From a virus (lineage: Duplodnaviria; Caudoviricetes), in IMG/VR virus record IMGVR_UViG_3300048895_000041, positions 1-43,461 of that record: a stretch of DNA of 43,461 nt. One strand, given 5' to 3'. This document shows positions 38,405 to 43,461 of the stretch, in pieces. The notes beneath the pieces were generated by a model. That model ran no database searches. It saw nothing but the letters and a program-made list of their open reading frames with translations, and was not told where the DNA came from. Within the stretch, counting starts at the first letter, position 1. Each line of letters starts with the position of its first letter. The position numbers and the translations under genes are program-made.

Positions 38405-38616
38405 GGTCCGCGTTCCTGAGCGAACCAGCCAGAAATCTTTTCTCTATTCTCCACGCCGAACATAAGGCCGCTCCGGTATAGATGCAGTGTCTTAATTTTC
38501 GTGTATGGCGAGGCAAATTTTAGACCTGCGGCACCAACCACTACCCCAAGACGGAATGGCGTCAACGCCCCGTAGTGCCGTCGTGCAAAATCACGGCATT
38601 CATCTAGCGTCTTCAC
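38401..38616 (-). CDS. Hypothetical protein
   Basis: Coupled overlaps. Confidence 0.6.
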   Translation of the reverse strand: MKTLDECRDFARRHYGALTPFRLGVVVGAAGLKFASPYTKIKTLHLYRSGLMFGVENREKISGWFAQERGP

Positions 38617-38656
38617 TCAGCCACCGTCACCTTGCACCGGACCACGCGCGCGCCTC

Positions 38657-38914
38657 TCATGGTGCCCAACATGCCGGAGTTGACTGTTCGGGATACCGCT
38701 TTGCTGTGTAGAACGCAGCATTTGCGCATTCCGACACTACGCCGTCCCAAGCATTGTTATGCGTCACTTCCGGACCCTTTGGAACTGCTTGCAGGCACTC
38801 CATAAAAATCTGCCGGCGCAAGCATTGATCTACGCCAAGACGCGGTCCCTGCCCGCAACCGGCCAGCGTGGATAGCACAATAAACCACAGGTACGCAAGG
38901 CGCGGGGTGGTCAT
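38657..38914 (-). CDS. Lipoprotein
   Basis: Signal peptide with LAGC lipobox; DQCLRRQIFMECL..VPKGP...W..VV.EC. Confidence 0.75.
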   Translation of the reverse strand: MTTPRLAYLWFIVLSTLAGCGQGPRLGVDQCLRRQIFMECLQAVPKGPEVTHNNAWDGVVSECANAAFYTAKRYPEQSTPACWAP

Positions 38915-39288
38915 GGCATAAGTTCCATAAGGTCGTCCGGGTGCCTGTCGAATAGTTCGGCCATCGGTTCGCGCAAAGCGGTTCGCAGATTGTCCAGTTG
39001 TTCTTCAAGGTAAGCGATGCGCGAATCTTTCTCGTTATCAAATGCCTTATCGCGCAATGACTCTGCAACCTGAACAACCTGCGCATCCCGATAGCTCAGA
39101 TCGCAGTAGCCAAAAAGGCTATAGCCGATCAGTTGCGCAAATTGCTGCCGGTCATCGTCTGAACATTCGACGCGCGCGAGATCGTTCATGGTCTTGCTGC
39201 CGTTGTCTAGTAGCCAGCTAACGAGAGTATTAGCCTTGAATCGCTCGATCCCATTGACTGTCACAAGTGGCTGAATCGGATTGCTCAC
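38911..39288 (-). CDS. Conserved hypothetical phage protein
   Basis: PIQPL....RFKAN.LV..LLD....MNDL......DD..QFAQLIGYSL.GY..LSY. Confidence 0.75.
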   Translation of the reverse strand: MSNPIQPLVTVNGIERFKANTLVSWLLDNGSKTMNDLARVECSDDDRQQFAQLIGYSLFGYCDLSYRDAQVVQVAESLRDKAFDNEKDSRIAYLEEQLDNLRTALREPMAELFDRHPDDLMELMP

Positions 39289-39313
39289 TTCGTCACCTCG
39301 AATCGGTTGGCGA

Positions 39314-39589
39314 TCATTCAAATCCCTGCCGAAAGATAATCCCCTCACACACCAGCTTGCGGTCCACGGTCCATCGCAGTGGTGTACACGGAGCATGCAC
39401 AGCAACATGATCGACCAATAGCAGCGTCGCCGCATTAGCAAGCCGACTACAGGCGACGGCGAGCAGCCCGACGATCAGGGTGGCGGCGATCAGCTTCAAA
39501 AGCGTGCGCACGCTCAACAGCAGCGCGGCATCGATGCTGAAAAGAACGATGGCGATGAGGATGGCGGTGTCAGGCATGTTCATTTCCAT
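39314..39589 (-). CDS. Membrane protein
   Basis: Two hydrophobic helices; C-terminal Cys pair. Confidence 0.65.
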   Translation of the reverse strand: MEMNMPDTAILIAIVLFSIDAALLLSVRTLLKLIAATLIVGLLAVACSRLANAATLLLVDHVAVHAPCTPLRWTVDRKLVCEGIIFRQGFE

Positions 39590-40401
39590 TTCCTCTTACT
39601 GACGCCTTCGTAGGCGATCTGCAATTTCGACAGATGAACGGCGGCACGAAATCCTTCACGGTACGCCTCGACGTTGTACTCGTAGCGTGGCGCGAATTTC
39701 TCGGGTCCGAACGGCAACACGCAATAACCTGCGATGCGCCCTGGCAACTCGAACACCTTGTCTCCATCGGCTGTCAGGCCGCCGTTCTCCGACAGCATCA
39801 GGTCGTATCCGCCGATCTGCACGAACTGGTCGAAGTACGGGCCGCCAGACTTAAAGTCTCCGGCGATGATGAGGTCTTGTGGGTCTTGCCAACCCACATC
39901 GGCAATGCCGCCAGTCCACAGCTCCTCGGAGTACCCGTTGATTTCGGACCACAGGAACTGCTTGACGTTCTCCTGTGCCCATCTTGCCAAGATCTCGACT
40001 GCCGGATCATTGTAGCTTTCCAACAGCACAGGTTCGCCGTCAAACTCGTTTATCATGGCCTTAACGTATTGCTCCAGCGCCGCATGCCGATCTGTGCCGT
40101 CATCCGCTGCCTTCTCCTTCTTCGTGTTGTGCGCGCGGTACGCCTCGTTCAACAGTGCGGCATATTGATCCTTGGCCATCGCCGTGACGCGCGCATAGCC
40201 ATCGTCCAGCGCTGCCTGAACTTGTTCGTCGTCGAACTTGTTCGGACTGAGCCAGCCGAACTTCTCGACCGCCATGCCAGACGCCCACCACGTCAGCGGC
40301 TTTGAAATAATCTTCGTCGCCGTGCTGGTGCCGATCAGCGGCTTGCCGTCGAGCGTGTGCAGATGCTGCTTGTCGGTGTCGATGTACTTGTAGCGGTTCA
40401 T
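39580..40401 (-). CDS. PD-(D/E)XK (RecB/lambda-Exo-like) exonuclease
   Basis: GTDRHAALE, E..GYS....GGIAD, GDFKSG, QIGGY motifs. Confidence 0.82.
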   Translation of the reverse strand: MNRYKYIDTDKQHLHTLDGKPLIGTSTATKIISKPLTWWASGMAVEKFGWLSPNKFDDEQVQAALDDGYARVTAMAKDQYAALLNEAYRAHNTKKEKAADDGTDRHAALEQYVKAMINEFDGEPVLLESYNDPAVEILARWAQENVKQFLWSEINGYSEELWTGGIADVGWQDPQDLIIAGDFKSGGPYFDQFVQIGGYDLMLSENGGLTADGDKVFELPGRIAGYCVLPFGPEKFAPRYEYNVEAYREGFRAAVHLSKLQIAYEGVSKRKWK

Positions 40402-40613
40402 GCTGCATTCCCCGGCACCGTGTACGGCGTGCTTACCCACTTCTCTGTGCGCTCGATGTGATAATCGCACTTGAAGATGCCCAAGCGCAGCACCTGTTCG
40501 CGCGCCTGTATTTCGGAAATCTTGACGGCAAGGTCAGCCTCGCTGGAAGCATCCAGCGTTTCCGGTTTGCCCTTCTCGCCCTTGTATGTGACACGGATCA
40601 GTGCGTAGCACAT
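40398..40613 (-). CDS. Hypothetical protein
   Basis: AAAGGGG RBS; ATGA overlap with the exonuclease. Confidence 0.65.
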   Translation of the reverse strand: MCYALIRVTYKGEKGKPETLDASSEADLAVKISEIQAREQVLRLGIFKCDYHIERTEKWVSTPYTVPGNAA

Positions 40614-40660
40614 GTGTTAGCCCTTTAGTGTGGCGCGTCCGTGCGCCCTTGCTCCGCAAA

Positions 40661-41095
40661 TCAGATTCCGCTGATGTCGTCGTCGAACGGGGCGCCAGGG
40701 TCAAACGCAGCAGCCTTGCTGGCAGCTTCGCCGGCCGCTGTCGCGGTACGGCTTGGCGGTGGCGAGGCGGTAGCTTGCTTCGTCTTGGGCGCACGCAGGC
40801 GCAGCCCACCGACGACTTCGCCGCCGAATTCGACATCTTCGTCCACGTAGACGACCATCTGCTTGCCGATCCAGCCATCGCTATCGTCGCCGTGAGCCTT
40901 GGCGATGCGCTTCAGGTTCGTCGAGTTCAGCACCATCGGCTTGTCGAGTTCGGCAAAGACCGCGACCCACTTCATGTCGCCGGACTGGTTCTGGCTCACG
41001 TCTGCCGTGGTCAGCTTCTTGATCGTGACGAGCGTGGGCTGCTCGATGTCGGACTGCTTGATGTACTTGCTCGGAAGCATTTCGGAGATTTTCAT
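40661..41095 (-). CDS. ssDNA-binding (OB-fold-like) protein with acidic C-terminal tail
   Basis: PSKYIK..D, KPMVLNSTN.K.I...G.D.D.WIGK, VEFGG..V.GLRL; tail PFDDDISGI; next to the exonuclease. Confidence 0.7.
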   Translation of the reverse strand: MKISEMLPSKYIKQSDIEQPTLVTIKKLTTADVSQNQSGDMKWVAVFAELDKPMVLNSTNLKRIAKAHGDDSDGWIGKQMVVYVDEDVEFGGEVVGGLRLRAPKTKQATASPPPSRTATAAGEAASKAAAFDPGAPFDDDISGI

Positions 41096-41132
41096 GTGCG
41101 AGTTCCTGTGTGAGTTTGAGTTGAGTTTAGTT

Positions 41133-41210
41133 TGGCGGGGCGTATCGGTATCGAACCGATCGTTCTCCTGCGTGACAGGCAGGCGGCCACACCCTGCAGC
41201 CTCACGCCCC
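41133..41210 (-). tRNA. tRNA-Asp(GTC)
   Basis: Acceptor GGGGCGU/ACGCCCC + G73 + encoded CCA; anticodon arm CCUGC-CU GUC AC-GCAGG; T arm AUCGG-UUCGAUA-CCGAU. Confidence 0.9.
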
Positions 41211-41250
41211 ATTTAACTTACGCACGCTTGTCAGCGTCTATCCTCCTTTG

Positions 41251-41478
41251 CTATGGAAGTAAGCCGAACTTCTTTGCCTTCCGATAATGTATGGCGCAAT
41301 ACAATTTGTCCGGGCCGGATGTCCGCGGTCTTTGACATTGATGCGTCAAAGGTGAGCGACCATCATCAGAAACAGTAGCTGCGCAACAGTCAGGCATATA
41401 CGTCATGCCTTCTGGCGAACCGGCCCATTGCCGATACCGATGTTTCTGCGCTTCCTCTTTGCTGTTAAACCACCACAT
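41251..41478 (-). CDS. Cys/His-rich hypothetical protein
   Basis: CCA.V......HQC.R....GPD.LYC..H. Confidence 0.7.
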   Translation of the reverse strand: MWWFNSKEEAQKHRYRQWAGSPEGMTYMPDCCAATVSDDGRSPLTHQCQRPRTSGPDKLYCAIHYRKAKKFGLLP

Positions 41479-41712
41479 TCAATCCTCCCCGCGTCCTGTC
41501 AGCACCGGAGCATGTTCGACGGCTTCTGCCGCCGCATAACGCTCCGCCTCGCTGATCGGCGACTTGCCGAACAGCATGCGGCAATGCAGGTCGAAAGCAG
41601 ACAAGGTCTGCACGGTTTCCGGCGGCGGCGCATCGCCATACAGGGACTTGAGCAGCGGCAGATGCCGTTCTTCCCATGCAGACTGCGAGGCGTTGAAGTT
41701 GAAACGGCTCAT
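41479..41712 (-). CDS. Hypothetical protein
   Basis: GGAGG RBS, ATGA overlap. Confidence 0.65.
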   Translation of the reverse strand: MSRFNFNASQSAWEERHLPLLKSLYGDAPPPETVQTLSAFDLHCRMLFGKSPISEAERYAAAEAVEHAPVLTGRGED

Positions 41713-41942
41713 ACGCCCTCCAGCGGCTGCTGCAACGGATCGCCCGGATCAGGCTTGCCCAGGATAGTCAGCTTGCCCTCGACGGCATCCTGAATCTGCA
41801 GGGCTGTGGCTTCGGCTACATCAGGACAGAACGCATCCTTGAATCGCGCCCACGCCTGCGTCTTGCTGACCGCGTACACCATCGTCACCGACGGCGGCGT
41901 AGTCGTCAGCGGGATGCGAAACATTTTCAGGTCGGCGCTCAT
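41709..41942 (-). CDS. Hypothetical protein
   Basis: ATGA overlaps. Confidence 0.65.
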   Translation of the reverse strand: MSADLKMFRIPLTTTPPSVTMVYAVSKTQAWARFKDAFCPDVAEATALQIQDAVEGKLTILGKPDPGDPLQQPLEGV

Positions 41943-42379
41943 GGCTTCGCCTGCGACTGCATGTTACGTGCAGCTTCAAGGATAGGCAGATTGGCTTCGG
42001 TCGGGACGTACACGACCGTCTTGCCTGCGCCGTTATTGGCGACATCGGTGATCCACAGATAACGCAGGTAGGACTCATTGCCCTTCAGGCTATCGCCGAT
42101 AATCTGGTTGGCTTGCGCAACACCTTTGGCACGTTCGACTTCCGCCTCGGCCAGCAACGTTGCTGACTCCTTCTTGGCGTGCGCTTCCTGAATGGCAATC
42201 TGGCGATCCTGTTCGGCACGACGTAAGGCAGCTTGGCCAACAAGGCCCTGCTCCCACACGTTGTACTGAGGGCATCCGCCCATGGCCGCAGCGATTAGCA
42301 CTGTGGCGGATATGCCGACATCGCGGATGATGCGCGCAATCTGCGGTTCGTCTTTTGCTGAATCCCAATATCTACTCAT
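41939..42379 (-). CDS. SPFH/stomatin-related membrane-anchored coiled-coil protein
   Basis: TM then PQYNVW.Q...G.A.L..AE..RQI, AEVERAKGVA.AN.IIG.SL..NE.YLRYLWI, VYVPTEANLPILEA. Confidence 0.75.
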   Translation of the reverse strand: MSRYWDSAKDEPQIARIIRDVGISATVLIAAAMGGCPQYNVWEQGLVGQAALRRAEQDRQIAIQEAHAKKESATLLAEAEVERAKGVAQANQIIGDSLKGNESYLRYLWITDVANNGAGKTVVYVPTEANLPILEAARNMQSQAKP

Positions 42380-42549
42380 ACCCCTTTCTCCTCATAATGC
42401 GCCCCGACCAGTAGGATCAAGGCAGTGCCGACGATGCCGACGATCATGGCAACGACGAGATCGGTGCGTGCCGTGCGATAGCAGCCGACGCAGACCAAGA
42501 CGGCCAGAAGGCCGATGAAAAATGCTGCCTGGCGTTCGTTGAGTTCCAT
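42376..42549 (-). CDS. Two-TM membrane protein
   Basis: Two hydrophobic helices; GGAG RBS. Confidence 0.65.
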   Translation of the reverse strand: MELNERQAAFFIGLLAVLVCVGCYRTARTDLVVAMIVGIVGTALILLVGAHYEEKGV

Positions 42550-42704
42550 CACAGTTTCTCCAGCGACCGGACCATGCGGTACACAAACCATCCAAGTCCG
42601 GCAAAGGCTGGCAGGATGAAGAGAGTCTTCACCAACAGGTCAACATATCTGAAGTGAATCCACTGCTCGCCCAGATCGTGAATGACTTGTGCTATGTCTG
42701 ACAT
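42549..42704 (-). CDS. Single-TM protein, first gene of leftward operon
   Basis: AAGGAG RBS; hydrophobic helix. Confidence 0.7.
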   Translation of the reverse strand: MSDIAQVIHDLGEQWIHFRYVDLLVKTLFILPAFAGLGWFVYRMVRSLEKL

Positions 42705-42718
42705 TGTGAAACTCCTTG

Positions 42719-42761
42719 TTGACTTGCCGTGCAAGATAACTTATATTCCAACCCATGTCAA
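42719..42761. promoter_or_regulatory. Overlapping opposed sigma70 promoters
   Basis: + strand: TTGACT(42719)-17-TATATT(42742); - strand: TTGACA(42756-42761)-17-TATCTT(42733-42738). Confidence 0.75.
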
Positions 42762-42955
42762 CTACTTTACACATCACGAAGGAACGGGCCATCGAATTGT
42801 TCGGCTCGCCGCTGGAACTGGCCGAGGCCCTTGGCATAGAACGTGCCAATGTGTACATGTGGAAGGATGGCGAGCCGATCCCGCAGAAGCATGCGCTGCA
42901 TATCCGCTTCGTCCTGAAGCCGGAAGCGTTCAACGGGAAGCGCAATGCACGTTGA
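42755..42955 (+). CDS. cro: Cro-like HTH regulator (leaderless)
   Basis: TKERAIELFGS..ELAEALGI.R.NVY.W....IP. Confidence 0.85.
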   Translation: MSTTLHITKERAIELFGSPLELAEALGIERANVYMWKDGEPIPQKHALHIRFVLKPEAFNGKRNAR

Positions 42956-43187
42956 CGACCACTACGAACGCCAGCACACACGCCAGTCACACAAGCACGC
43001 CTGGCACCGCGAGACACCGCAAAGCGCACGCTGCGTCTGCGGGGCGCGCAGTGGCGTGCTGACCGGCAACGACCTGCATCCACCGGGTTTGAGCGACGAA
43101 GAGTGCACAGGCATCCTGCGTGGCGAGCCGTGGACGAAGTGGGCGAAGGCGCCGAGGCTTCCAAAGGGGTGGCGCGGACGTGTGTGA
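42945..43187 (+). CDS. Cys/His-containing hypothetical protein
   Basis: H.HAW......RC.CGA.....C; overlaps the cro stop. Confidence 0.55.
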   Translation: MHVDDHYERQHTRQSHKHAWHRETPQSARCVCGARSGVLTGNDLHPPGLSDEECTGILRGEPWTKWAKAPRLPKGWRGRV

Positions 43188-43242
43188 TTGGGAGTACATG
43201 GTCCGTATCCGGGCCAATCAATATCCAAAGTCGGAGAATGGC

Positions 43243-43461
43243 ATGCGTGACTTGCAATATCAGATCGACGTGATGACCGCATTCCGCGACGGCAAGCGTG
43301 TCGAGTGTGTGTCGTTGTTCAACAGCGACGACGACTGGGCCAGAGTTCGGGAAGGACATCAGTTCGACTGGTCTTCGCTGGACTACCGCATCGCGCCAGA
43401 GCCGAGGAAGGCGAGGGAGTGGTGGATGTCAGAAAACGGATCACTCCGTAGAGTTTTCTCC
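43243..43461 (+). CDS. Conserved hypothetical phage protein; continues across the circular join to the stop at 197-199
   Basis: MRDLQYQIDVMTAFRDGKRVE...FDWSSLDYRIAPEP...VREVLPE; stop overlaps the rusA ATG. Confidence 0.75.
   Translation, partial: MRDLQYQIDVMTAFRDGKRVECVSLFNSDDDWARVREGHQFDWSSLDYRIAPEPRKAREWWMSENGSLRRVFS
43335..43461 (+). repeat. 127-bp terminal direct repeat, copy 2
   Basis: ctgggccaga...ttttctcc identical to 1-127. Confidence 0.95.

Larger units (their letters stand above)
1..43461. mobile_element. Complete podovirus-type tailed phage genome (BPP-1/epsilon15-like virion module), circular assembly
   Basis: Full terminase-portal-capsid-short tail-fibre set plus lysis and replication genes; identical 127-bp ends; no host genes. 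Confidence 0.95.

Noticed and set aside
39580-40401. Cas4 / CRISPR system
   Set aside because: No Fe-S cysteine cluster, array or other cas genes; ordinary phage exonuclease context
43335-43461. 127-bp terminal repeat as a biological DTR or att site
   Set aside because: Length equals a standard assembly k-mer and the repeat lies inside a continuous CDS; it only shows circularity
1-43461. Alternative genetic code or introns/inteins
   Set aside because: All core genes are intact and of normal length under code 11, all three stops are used, and no intein or homing-endonuclease motifs are seen

Overview
The window is a complete, circularly assembled tailed dsDNA phage genome of about 43,334 bp. 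Bases 1-127 are repeated exactly at 43335-43461, and one CDS reads through that join. The morphogenesis block is podovirus-type (BPP-1/epsilon15/T7-like): TerS, TerL, portal, scaffold, major capsid, tail tubular A/B, gp13-like GNAT, internal virion proteins (one with an SLT domain) and two tail fibres. A rightward Cro-RusA-lysis-P4/D5-type primase-helicase arm and two leftward clusters of small genes (7.2-10.1 kb and 35.2-42.7 kb) make up the rest; the second cluster carries a PD-(D/E)XK exonuclease, an SSB-like protein, a HAD hydrolase and a tRNA-Asp(GTC). I see no integrase, CI repressor, DNA or RNA polymerase, ParA/ParB or reverse transcriptase. The most notable signals are: (1) a small leftward gene abutting tail fibre 2 tail-to-tail whose last 25 aa align with the fibre's C-terminus through mostly synonymous codons; (2) a candidate antisense sRNA plus 9-codon leader peptide upstream of the replication genes; (3) a near-perfect chromosomal parS site inside an apparent insertion in terL; (4) a weak dif-like 28-mer next to the tRNA; (5) an iteron/inverted-repeat locus before terS. 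Together these suggest, as inference only, plasmid-like maintenance using host machinery. All calls come from motif recognition by eye, with no database search.
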